DNA from: an uncultured Anaerolinea sp.
Lineage (GTDB): Bacteria; Chloroflexota; Anaerolineae; Anaerolineales; Anaerolineaceae
Direction of reading: 5' to 3'
Assembly (NCBI GenBank): GCA_964454565.1
Contig: CAYVTF010000002.1
Location: 71,270 to 135,269, forward strand
Length of the DNA: 64,000 nt
The position numbers and the translations under genes were made by a program. Every line of letters begins with the position of its first letter. The stretch's first letter is position 1. A model generated the notes under the pieces. That model saw only the letters and a program-made list of their open reading frames with translations. It was not told where the DNA came from and searched no databases. Of the stretch, positions 56,378-64,000 are shown piece after piece.

Positions 56378-57079
56378 TTACTCGTTCGAGAGCACGCTGC
56401 ACTGCTCGATTTTTCCAGCATTTTTCAACAAATCCTCAGACAAAGCGATGGATTCAAATGACAAGTTGGTGGAAAAATGTGAAGGAAGCAGCTCGCTCCA
56501 TCTGATTTTATTAAAAACAGGCTTAAAACCGCTTTTCCCGGTTTCTATGCAAACTTTCTTGAAAAATTCTTGTCCATTGTAAATTATTAAATGAGCGCTA
56601 TCATCTGTTGCGGGAGTCACGGTATCAACCTGAGGTGATTCACCTGTTACCCACTTTTGGAAAAATCCAAGCCCAGTGTTATCGACCATGAAGTAGCCAG
56701 TGAAGGTCAGATTGTAGTGTTCTTCAACTTCCCTGATAAAGCGAAAATCAATGTTGTTTCCTTCGGTAATTTCGAAAGTTGAAACCAGAGATTTTGCCAG
56801 CTTCTCATCTGTTACCGGATAGAGCGGCATGAAGATCACCTGGGGAGGGGAAGAGTAAACGATGAACAATCCCCAGGCAGCAATGAGCTGCGAATCTCCT
56901 GAGCTTAGTTCGTTTGTGTGTAATAACAGGTAGTTCCTTTGCATACCAGTTAGATCCAGGTCAGTAACCTCCTGATACAGAGAAGAATCATTATTCCCAA
57001 TGTTGGCGGCAGCCCTGAAACCCAGGAAGGCAAAACTGATGAAAAGGAGGATACCCAGGATTATTAGTAGGTTTTTCAT
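56378..57079 (-). CDS. hypothetical membrane-anchored protein
   Basis: 233 aa with an N-terminal TM helix and an extracytoplasmic domain of unknown family. It shows a faint LytR-CpsA-Psr-like pattern that I do not consider supported. Confidence 0.6.
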   Translation of the reverse strand: MKNLLIILGILLFISFAFLGFRAAANIGNNDSSLYQEVTDLDLTGMQRNYLLLHTNELSSGDSQLIAAWGLFIVYSSPPQVIFMPLYPVTDEKLAKSLVSTFEITEGNNIDFRFIREVEEHYNLTFTGYFMVDNTGLGFFQKWVTGESPQVDTVTPATDDSAHLIIYNGQEFFKKVCIETGKSGFKPVFNKIRWSELLPSHFSTNLSFESIALSEDLLKNAGKIEQCSVLSNE

Positions 57080-57112
57080 AGATAGTTTACGCGGAATGAA
57101 GCGTTAAAACAT

Positions 57113-57139
57113 TTTACCATCTATGCAAGATGGTAAAAA
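57113..57139. terminator. AT-rich hairpin terminator ending the ftsZ transcription unit
   Basis: Stem TTTTACCATC/GATGGTAAAA with a 7-nt loop, flanked by T/A runs on both strands. Lies between stop 57170 and the next gene start 57079. Confidence 0.55.
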
Positions 57140-57169
57140 GAAATCTGTGTTAGTGCGGGAGAAATGATT

Positions 57170-57397
57170 TCAGGAAAGGATAACGGAAAGTGAATAAGCC
57201 AGCATTCCTGTGCCAAAACCGGCGAATGAACACATTACCACGACCGCAATTTGCCGTCTGAGCACCTCGTTGTTGTACACTGCAGCACACTTGGAGATCA
57301 CAGCTTGGATAAAATTTGATCGTGATAGCAAAGGAATGATCGTTTGCCAAAAGGTTAACTCAATCTGTACGATCATATTCTTGATAAATTGCTTCAT
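57170..57397 (-). CDS. hypothetical small hydrophobic protein (75 aa)
   Basis: Good SD (AAGAGGTG) 6 nt before the ATG. Starts 11 nt after the upstream stop. C-terminal TM-like segment. Confidence 0.55.
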   Translation of the reverse strand: MKQFIKNMIVQIELTFWQTIIPLLSRSNFIQAVISKCAAVYNNEVLRRQIAVVVMCSFAGFGTGMLAYSLSVILS

Positions 57398-57408
57398 GAG
57401 GCACCTCT

Positions 57409-57627
57409 TTATCTGGATGTTGAAAGTTTCGTAATCCGGCCTTTATCATCAGCCACAACCCTCACAGTACGTGCAATAGTCTTGCCATCTGCGGTTTGGG
57501 CTTTGCCGTGGAAGATCAACTGGTATTTTTCTCCGGGGAGAACCTTCACAGATGGGTCCACATTCCTCATCTCGGGAAATTGTCGATACACTGAATTACA
57601 TATGCTTGATTTGATGGTAGCGTCCAT
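57409..57627 (-). CDS. hypothetical small protein (72 aa)
   Basis: SD AAAGGGA. Starts 11 nt after the ftsZ stop. Predicted soluble and beta-rich (VKVLPGEKYQLIFHGKA...VRVVADDKGRI). Confidence 0.6.
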   Translation of the reverse strand: MDATIKSSICNSVYRQFPEMRNVDPSVKVLPGEKYQLIFHGKAQTADGKTIARTVRVVADDKGRITKLSTSR

Positions 57628-57638
57628 TAGCGTCCCTT

Positions 57639-58802
57639 TCAGTTCACACGCCGTCTCATAAACGAGGGGATATCCAGTTCACAATCTGCACCGATCATCT
57701 CATATTGGGCAATTTCCGATGCAGGTGAGTGGGAGAATTCAATTGGTTGGGATACGGTACTCTCAGAGTATTTTTCTGGAGTTTTTTGCGGTTCCTGCAC
57801 TACTTTCCTGGTTTCAACTGAAGTGCCGCCAATGCCGGTGAGAACAAGAATAACCTGAGCGCGGTCTTCCATACGCTCATCGCAGATGACCCCGGGGATG
57901 ATCTCAGCATTGCCGTTGGTTTTCTTATGCAGGCATTCCAACGCTTCCATTACCTCGGTGAATGAGAGGTCCATGCCGCCTGTGAAGTTGGCAATAATTC
58001 CAGTGGCATCTTCAAGGTTGATGGATTCGAGCATGGGGTGATGTAGTGCGTGTTCAAGGGCTTCCAACGCTTTGTTGTCTCCCTGTCCGTTCCCGATCGC
58101 CAGGAGTGAACCACCGCCATTTTTCATCAAGCTGCGAACGTGTGAAAAATCCACGTTGATCAACCCGGATTGAGTAATAAGTTCTGAAATCCCCTGAATT
58201 CCCTGGCGGAGCACGTCATCAGCCAACCGGAATGCCATTTCAAGTGTAAGGTCACGAGGGGCAATTTGCAGCAAGCGGTCGTTTGGGACACCGATCAAGG
58301 TGTCAGTATACTGGCGCAACCTGGCCAAACCTTCGCGGGCGTTTTTCTGCCGGCGGCCAATCTCAAAAGCAAACGGAAGGCTGACGATGGCGACAACCAC
58401 AGCCCCTAAGGATTTTGCCACCCTGGCCGCGATTGAAATTGCGCCAGTGCCGGTTCCACCGCCCATACCCGCGGTGAGGAAAACCATATCTGCGCCGGCA
58501 AGCGCTTTATTCAGTTCGGCATAGCTTTCTTCCGCAGCAGCTTCGCCAATTGAAGGGTCACCACCAGCACCGAGACCACGGGTGAGCTTTGGACCAAGCT
58601 GCACCTTGACTGGAGCAAGGCTCTTGCAGAGTACCTGGGCGTCGCTATTGGCAGCAATAAACTCGACTCCCTCCATGCCGAGTTCGATCATGCGGTCGAC
58701 AGCGTTTTGACCACCCCCGCCCAGTCCAATTACTTTCAAAACTGGAGATTTGGCGGTCAGTGGTGTGTGGGATACAGGTGTAGTTGGCAATGAAATATTC
58801 AT
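57639..58802 (-). CDS. ftsZ: cell division protein FtsZ
   Basis: Tubulin signature GGGTGTG, NTD/CTD FtsZ pattern (VIGLGGGGQNAV, LTAGMGGGTGTGA) and the conserved C-terminal peptide DIPSFMRRR. Confidence 0.96.
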   Translation of the reverse strand: MNISLPTTPVSHTPLTAKSPVLKVIGLGGGGQNAVDRMIELGMEGVEFIAANSDAQVLCKSLAPVKVQLGPKLTRGLGAGGDPSIGEAAAEESYAELNKALAGADMVFLTAGMGGGTGTGAISIAARVAKSLGAVVVAIVSLPFAFEIGRRQKNAREGLARLRQYTDTLIGVPNDRLLQIAPRDLTLEMAFRLADDVLRQGIQGISELITQSGLINVDFSHVRSLMKNGGGSLLAIGNGQGDNKALEALEHALHHPMLESINLEDATGIIANFTGGMDLSFTEVMEALECLHKKTNGNAEIIPGVICDERMEDRAQVILVLTGIGGTSVETRKVVQEPQKTPEKYSESTVSQPIEFSHSPASEIAQYEMIGADCELDIPSFMRRRVN

Positions 58803-58804
58803 TT

Positions 58805-60109
58805 TTACCTCTCTACGGGAGTAGTTGCAATATTGGTTCCATCTTCTGAAATCAGGTCTACGATACAGCCGTTTTCCTGCATTTTTTCGATAAATTCCGG
58901 TGGAATGCTGCTGGAGTCTCCAATGAGCGTCACTCTGCGGGCTTTTGCGGCATCTTCGGTGGAAAAACCGATAGTGGGGTGGTATTGCTGGATAAATGGC
59001 TGTATGGCCTTTAGGTTGAACTTGCTGAGGCTTTCTTCGTTATCGGGAATCAACAGGTAATGATCGAAAATGAAAAACTTGCCCGGCTGAATTATAGGTT
59101 CAGGATTGAGCACTTCTTCAACGTCTTTGATGGCATCCTCCTCAGATTGATTTAATAAGGATGCAACAATCGGTAAGGTGCTTCCGTCAGGTCTGTACCA
59201 GGCAAAATCAAACGCAGGATCATTTTCATCAGCACAAAGGGAGTAGAAGGCACAACTCTTGACGTATCCAGGTATGGAATGAGCGTGATCAGCCCTTGTC
59301 AAACGGTCAAGAATTCTCTGTATTACTTCGGCATGTTCCTCAGGTGTGTAGTATCGTTTGTTGTCGATTGCGCCTGCCCCAAGCAGGAAAAACGCGGCAT
59401 CTATCCTGGTAAATGAGCGTACGATGGTATTCATCCATTCATATTGATTGAAACCGCGTTGATCTTGTGTGTTTTCAGAAACTTCATAGGGTTTGGCTTC
59501 AGTCCACCTGGATTGTGCTCCAGAGCCCCACGTGAGTTCATGTTCAAAGGTGTAGGCATAAGCGCAAAATGCCATATGGTTGATCAGGTTTTCACGCCCT
59601 CTGCGAACGATGGAAGCCAGGGCCTGTTTTAGGAAAATCAAATCCCAATAGTCTCCTCCTGGATGCAGGGGAGGGAAGACAGGGATCATTTTCAACTGAG
59701 AGACCTGCAGCGCTACGGGCAAAAACCTGTCGACAAACCTTTCCACCAGTTCTTCTTGTGACCAGCTGGACAGCGACCACGATTGCACAAGGTTTGGCTT
59801 GTCGAAAAGAATGACATGTTTGACTCCCCACCGGGAATATGCTTCGAGGATAGTCTTCAGGTCGCGTGCATCCGGAGTGTTGGGGAGAGGAAGTGCCATG
59901 TGGATAATGGGAGTAATTCCGGAACCAATCAGGCTAGAAATGAATGTTTCGGGGATCGCCCTTGAGGAATCTGCTTGCAGAATGACCCAACCTGCTGATA
60001 GGTCTTTCAACCTGGGGAGCCAGGTTCCCAGGTCTTTTGAGGTGTAATGAATTGTGTCCTGGAAATAGTGGAATCCGATCCTGCTTTTTGATGTCGTTTG
60101 TTCACTCAT
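58805..60109 (-). CDS. hypothetical protein (TIM-barrel/glycoside-hydrolase-like N-terminal region, unknown family)
   Basis: Start trimmed to MSEQTTSKSRIGFHYF. 434 aa. The stop is 2 nt before the ftsZ ATG. No catalytic motif recognised. Confidence 0.65.
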   Translation of the reverse strand: MSEQTTSKSRIGFHYFQDTIHYTSKDLGTWLPRLKDLSAGWVILQADSSRAIPETFISSLIGSGITPIIHMALPLPNTPDARDLKTILEAYSRWGVKHVILFDKPNLVQSWSLSSWSQEELVERFVDRFLPVALQVSQLKMIPVFPPLHPGGDYWDLIFLKQALASIVRRGRENLINHMAFCAYAYTFEHELTWGSGAQSRWTEAKPYEVSENTQDQRGFNQYEWMNTIVRSFTRIDAAFFLLGAGAIDNKRYYTPEEHAEVIQRILDRLTRADHAHSIPGYVKSCAFYSLCADENDPAFDFAWYRPDGSTLPIVASLLNQSEEDAIKDVEEVLNPEPIIQPGKFFIFDHYLLIPDNEESLSKFNLKAIQPFIQQYHPTIGFSTEDAAKARRVTLIGDSSSIPPEFIEKMQENGCIVDLISEDGTNIATTPVER

Positions 60110-60206
60110 GAGATTATCCTGTGGGGTGTATGCATGGAGAGAATGTAGCAAGATTTGTACCAATGCGAAAAGCAAGGCGAATTACTCTGCTATAATTGGA
60201 TTTCGT

Positions 60207-61109
60207 ATGATTCTCATCACTGGTGGAACTGGCTTTATTGGTCGAAACCTTATCCGGTCCCTGGTAAAAGCAGAAAAGAAGGTCCGGGTTTTGCTGCGGC
60301 CTTCTAAGGTTTCTCCCAACTTTCCAAAAGGCATTTCAGTTGAAGCTGCAGTCAGTAGTTTTTCTGACGAACGAAGTTTGAAAGCGGCGTTAAAGGATGT
60401 AGATACGATCTTTCACCTAGCAGGTGCTGAAAGAGCAGGGTTAAAGGGTAACCTTAACCAAATCGATATCGAGGGAACTTCCAATCTGCTCAAGGCAGCC
60501 AGCAATTCTTCAGTCCAACGCGTCTTCTACATCAGCCACCTGGGAGCAGATCGAGGGTCAGCATACCCGGTGTTGAAAGCCAAGGGGATTGCTGAAAACT
60601 GGATCATTAACAGTGGCATTCCTTACACGATCTTCAGGACTGGAGCTGTTTTTGGACCGGGTGATCAGTTCACCATCCCCATCCGTGACCTTCTCAGGAT
60701 CTCCCCGTTTTTCTTTTTGTACCCTGGTGATGGCAGCAACCTGCTTCAGCCCTTGTGGATTGAAGATTTGATCACGTGCCTGATGTTGTCGCTCGAAGAT
60801 GACAAGATGAAGAATAGAATGCTCCAGATTGGTGGTTTGGAAACCCTATCTTATTTGGAGATCGTCAACCTGATCATGGAAAAAACCGGGATCAAACGCA
60901 TTCCGCTCAGTGTTACTCCTCAATTCTTGAAAACGACAACATTGTGGATCGACCAGATTTTCCCCAGATTCCCGATTTCAATATTTTGGCTTGACCAACT
61001 TGCCGAAGACCGGATCACTGCACTCAATACCATCCCGCGGGAGTTCAGTCTTATGCCCACACGGTTCAAGAATCAGTTGGATTATCTAACTCCAAAATTG
61101 AAACAGTAA
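60207..61109 (+). CDS. NAD(P)-binding SDR-family protein (NmrA/NDUFA9-like epimerase fold)
   Basis: Start trimmed to MILITGGTGFIGRNL (Rossmann GxxGxxG). ~300 aa. Confidence 0.8.
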   Translation: MILITGGTGFIGRNLIRSLVKAEKKVRVLLRPSKVSPNFPKGISVEAAVSSFSDERSLKAALKDVDTIFHLAGAERAGLKGNLNQIDIEGTSNLLKAASNSSVQRVFYISHLGADRGSAYPVLKAKGIAENWIINSGIPYTIFRTGAVFGPGDQFTIPIRDLLRISPFFFLYPGDGSNLLQPLWIEDLITCLMLSLEDDKMKNRMLQIGGLETLSYLEIVNLIMEKTGIKRIPLSVTPQFLKTTTLWIDQIFPRFPISIFWLDQLAEDRITALNTIPREFSLMPTRFKNQLDYLTPKLKQ

Positions 61110-61154
61110 CAAGTGTAAATTGGACTTTTACAACAATTGTGAGGTCCTGGTTTC

Positions 61155-61188
61155 AAAAAATCCGCTCCTGGAACAATCCAGAAGCGGA
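61155..61188 (-). terminator. intrinsic terminator of the GH13-like gene
   Basis: The minus strand has the hairpin TCCGCTTCTGGA/TCCAGGAGCGGA (one mismatch, 4-nt loop) followed by TTTTTT. Confidence 0.65.
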
Positions 61189-61258
61189 CGAAATGGGCTC
61201 TGAGCAATAGGCGTGTTTCAGATGTCCTGTATGCAGTTTTGAAACGTACCAAAATTGG

Positions 61259-63991
61259 TCAGGAATTCTTACCGGCTTTCCCTGCCAGCTCAAGCAGTTT
61301 TTCAACCTGGTATTCCGATTTAACTTCAACTTTTTTGACCGAGTTGATCATTTCGTAAATGCTCAGGGTTAATTCAGCCCGGGAGGTTGAATCTACACCG
61401 CTGTCGCCGCTCACCTTCAAAACTGGAACAATCCACAACCACCAGAGTAATTCATTGAATGCCTCTCGGTTATACCAGAGGATATCTTTATGACGATTGA
61501 CATTCAGCATGTACTGGATTTCAGGCGTAGAGAACCAGTTCTGAAGAATCGTGGTCAGGTTTTCTTTCTTCAAATCTTCATACCAGTCCTGTTTGGCTAC
61601 TCCAATTCTTAGTAACAGGGTAAGTTGTTGGATTTTATCTTCTTCACATCCCAATTCCACCAATGATTCGTGGAATTGCCTGATCAATTGCAATTCATCA
61701 TTCCAAGAAAGTGAAATATCCTCGTACCCGGTCTGACTGACAAGCTTGCCAATGGGACTTAAGAGCGCCAGGGCTAACAGGGTAAACCATTTTTCTTCCG
61801 ACGCTGCTAAGGGTGAGAGGAGTTTGGATTCAATATCCAGTATCTTTTTACCGGATGGCATGTGCAATTTTGAACCCAGGTTGTGCATCTCAAGTACCGC
61901 TTTAAAGAGATTACAGATCTCCTCTCTAACTGCATCCATGTTATTCACTTCAGGCTTGGCTGCTTTGATCCCTTGCAGGAAATTTGTGACCTTTTCCTTG
62001 ATCTCCCTTTCATCCAATTCCTCAAGGTAAATGCCGGGTTTGGTGTATTTCTGTACCAGGTAATGCATGTGTCCATAATTCAGGAGTTGCTTCAGTGGTT
62101 CGTGCACCGGTTTCAGAACCAATTCGTTCAGCGCACGGTCTATGTCCGGTACACCCTGGTCTCCGATGAAGGAGTACAGGCGCGAGTAATCATGGGCGGG
62201 ATCCGAGGTGACGACTTGAAAATCGAGGAAAGTATGGTGTTCATACCCCCGTAGGTCAAAATGCATTCCCTTGTTGAGGAATTCCCCGGCTGGTCTGAGG
62301 TAACTAAGCCCTGTGATCTGGTCACGGAATACTATGTACGCGTTATGATCCGGTGTCAACTGAAGCGCAGAATTTAACGCGACCTGGTTCATCCCCCGGT
62401 TAATTCCGGATTTTCTCGGTTGATGAGAAGAGTAATGGATCCAGCCTTCAGTTTGCTGGTAATTGTTGTTGTAGATGACCAGGGCTGCTTTCCCTGAATA
62501 GTAGTTGGAATAGGCATAAACGTGTTCGTTGGTTATCCCACCCGGGGTTGAAAAATCATAAAATGCAAAATTTTCAACTCCGGCGAACAAACGCCGCTGG
62601 TGAAGCAGAGGAAAGATCTCCCATTCATGTCTTGCTACGAGGTTGGGATCAGTGTGTTCATCCCAATAGGCTTTTCTGAATTCCATGCCATATTTCTCAG
62701 CGTACCCCTCAATTTGTCCATGACCAAGCATTGGGAGTCCTGGCATGGTAACCATCATCATGCAAATGCCAAAATACTTATCCCCTTTGCCGAATTGTTC
62801 AACAGCTGTCTTTTCATCCGGGTTGTTCATGAAGTTGACGAAGCGCTTCAGAATCTCAGGTTCAAATTCAAGTGTGTTTTTGATTATCTTCCGGTAACCG
62901 GCATCATCTTCGTTGCGCAACATGTGCATGAATGCGCTGTTATACACCCGGTGCATCCCCAGCGTGCGCACGAAGTAGCCTTCCATGAGCCAGAAGGCTT
63001 CTGCAAGTAAAAGGGTGTCAGGTGCTTCTACGGCTGCACGGTCTACCACTTCTCGCCAGAATTCAACCGGCATGGCCTTATTGAAAGCACTCATGGTTAG
63101 TCCGTATTCCGACCGTGAGGGGATGGCACCGCCTAATCCGGGCTGGGGAAACCACAAACGCTGGTAATGCTTTTTTGCGAGGGTCATGGCTGCATCGAAG
63201 CGGATGATGGGAAATTTCTTAGCCACTTCAAGAATGGTTTGGATGACAGCCTCACGGACTTCTGGATTGAGATAATTTAATTGAGCGGTGTCGTTCCAGG
63301 GCATGCTGGTTCCATCGTTGCCGTGATAAATGTAGCGTGTTTCTCCACTGCGGTTATCGGTTCTACGGAAAACAACAGCGGCGTCTGTTTTATCGAAGTA
63401 GTGGTCTTCGATCTGGATGGTGATGTTTGGATCACTAGAAAGGTTTTGCCCTGAAAAACTGTAAGCGGGGTATGGACAGTGGTCCAGGGAAAGGAATCGG
63501 TCAGGATTGTTGATGACCCATTCGGAATCAATGCCCATGTGATTGGGGACCATATCACTGGCAAGCCGGATGCCGAATTTGGCGGCGTTATCTCGCAGGA
63601 CCTCATAAGCACTTTCACCGCCCAAATCCTCAGCAATCCGATATGAATAAAGGGAGTACGCGGAAGAAATGGCATCGGGATTTCCGCAAAGTTTCTTTAT
63701 TTGCGCCGAAGCTGGACTCCGTTCCCACAAACCAATGAGCCAGAGACCGGTTACCCCCCACTTTGAAAGTGTCTCCAATTCCGAGAGTGGAATCTGGTCC
63801 AGCCTGGTGATTGGTTGCTCATATTTTCGCGAAAGCTGGTCCAGCCAAACGTAGGAATTCTTTGCCATCAATACGAGCCTGGGCATCCATTCCCGGTCCG
63901 CGCTAAATGCTTCTGGTTCAATACCGGCACCACCAGCCCGGGTGAACTCGGCTGCGTCGTAAACAGGGATTGGAATTTTCCCCGGACCCAT
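61259..63991 (-). CDS. large alpha-amylase-family (GH13-like) glycoside hydrolase
   Basis: GH13 regions I (DMVPNHMG), II (IRFDAAMTL) and III (LLLAEAFW). Region IV reads FMNNPDE (Asp kept, His replaced). ~450-aa C-terminal extension of unknown function. The frame stays open to the window edge upstream of ATG 63991, so the true start may lie outside. Confidence 0.8.
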   Translation of the reverse strand: MGPGKIPIPVYDAAEFTRAGGAGIEPEAFSADREWMPRLVLMAKNSYVWLDQLSRKYEQPITRLDQIPLSELETLSKWGVTGLWLIGLWERSPASAQIKKLCGNPDAISSAYSLYSYRIAEDLGGESAYEVLRDNAAKFGIRLASDMVPNHMGIDSEWVINNPDRFLSLDHCPYPAYSFSGQNLSSDPNITIQIEDHYFDKTDAAVVFRRTDNRSGETRYIYHGNDGTSMPWNDTAQLNYLNPEVREAVIQTILEVAKKFPIIRFDAAMTLAKKHYQRLWFPQPGLGGAIPSRSEYGLTMSAFNKAMPVEFWREVVDRAAVEAPDTLLLAEAFWLMEGYFVRTLGMHRVYNSAFMHMLRNEDDAGYRKIIKNTLEFEPEILKRFVNFMNNPDEKTAVEQFGKGDKYFGICMMMVTMPGLPMLGHGQIEGYAEKYGMEFRKAYWDEHTDPNLVARHEWEIFPLLHQRRLFAGVENFAFYDFSTPGGITNEHVYAYSNYYSGKAALVIYNNNYQQTEGWIHYSSHQPRKSGINRGMNQVALNSALQLTPDHNAYIVFRDQITGLSYLRPAGEFLNKGMHFDLRGYEHHTFLDFQVVTSDPAHDYSRLYSFIGDQGVPDIDRALNELVLKPVHEPLKQLLNYGHMHYLVQKYTKPGIYLEELDEREIKEKVTNFLQGIKAAKPEVNNMDAVREEICNLFKAVLEMHNLGSKLHMPSGKKILDIESKLLSPLAASEEKWFTLLALALLSPIGKLVSQTGYEDISLSWNDELQLIRQFHESLVELGCEEDKIQQLTLLLRIGVAKQDWYEDLKKENLTTILQNWFSTPEIQYMLNVNRHKDILWYNREAFNELLWWLWIVPVLKVSGDSGVDSTSRAELTLSIYEMINSVKKVEVKSEYQVEKLLELAGKAGKNS

Positions 63992-64000
63992 AAAACTGAG

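Overview
This 64 kb chromosomal window is densely packed and mostly housekeeping. I call about 62 CDS, one tRNA (CAU anticodon), several intrinsic terminators and a few near-consensus sigma70-type promoters. I saw no rRNA, CRISPR array, transposase or integrase. All product calls come from motif and architecture recognition by eye, because no database search was possible.

Recognisable genes:
- Translation and tRNA: tyrS, pth, a YbaK-type deacylase.
- DNA repair: mfd, uvrB, radC, an Fpg/Nei glycosylase.
- Division, segregation and secretion: ftsZ, parA-parB, secG, rseP.
- Metabolism: gpmA, nnr, MTAP, a PduO-type adenosyltransferase, slyD, a mevalonate-type decarboxylase.
- Transport and other: a heterodimeric ABC exporter pair, a MalK-like ATPase, a YgiQ radical-SAM protein, a large GH13-like glucanase.

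The gene content fits a Chloroflexota/Anaerolineae-like bacterium: a SEDS-PBP fusion next to FHA proteins, TP-rich linkers, and an orphan mevalonate decarboxylase. This placement is inference only.

I found no convincing large multi-gene novel (for example defence) system. The observations most worth a second look are:
1. A RodA/FtsW-PBP single-chain fusion whose transpeptidase catalytic motifs are degenerate (YPPG-TTLS instead of S-x-x-K). It sits in an fhaA-fhaB-type operon.
2. A small AT-rich islet downstream of the tRNA. It has a 0.73 kb non-coding stretch full of hairpins, a lipoprotein gene bracketed by a 24-nt hairpin direct repeat, and an HTH/Cys-rich gene pair driven by back-to-back near-consensus promoters.
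3. An operon encoding a Tat-signal DUF362 lipoprotein, a NapH-like membrane polyferredoxin and SlyD.
4. An ftsZ locus with no ftsA. A tightly coupled unknown 434-aa gene lies upstream and two small coupled ORFs lie downstream.
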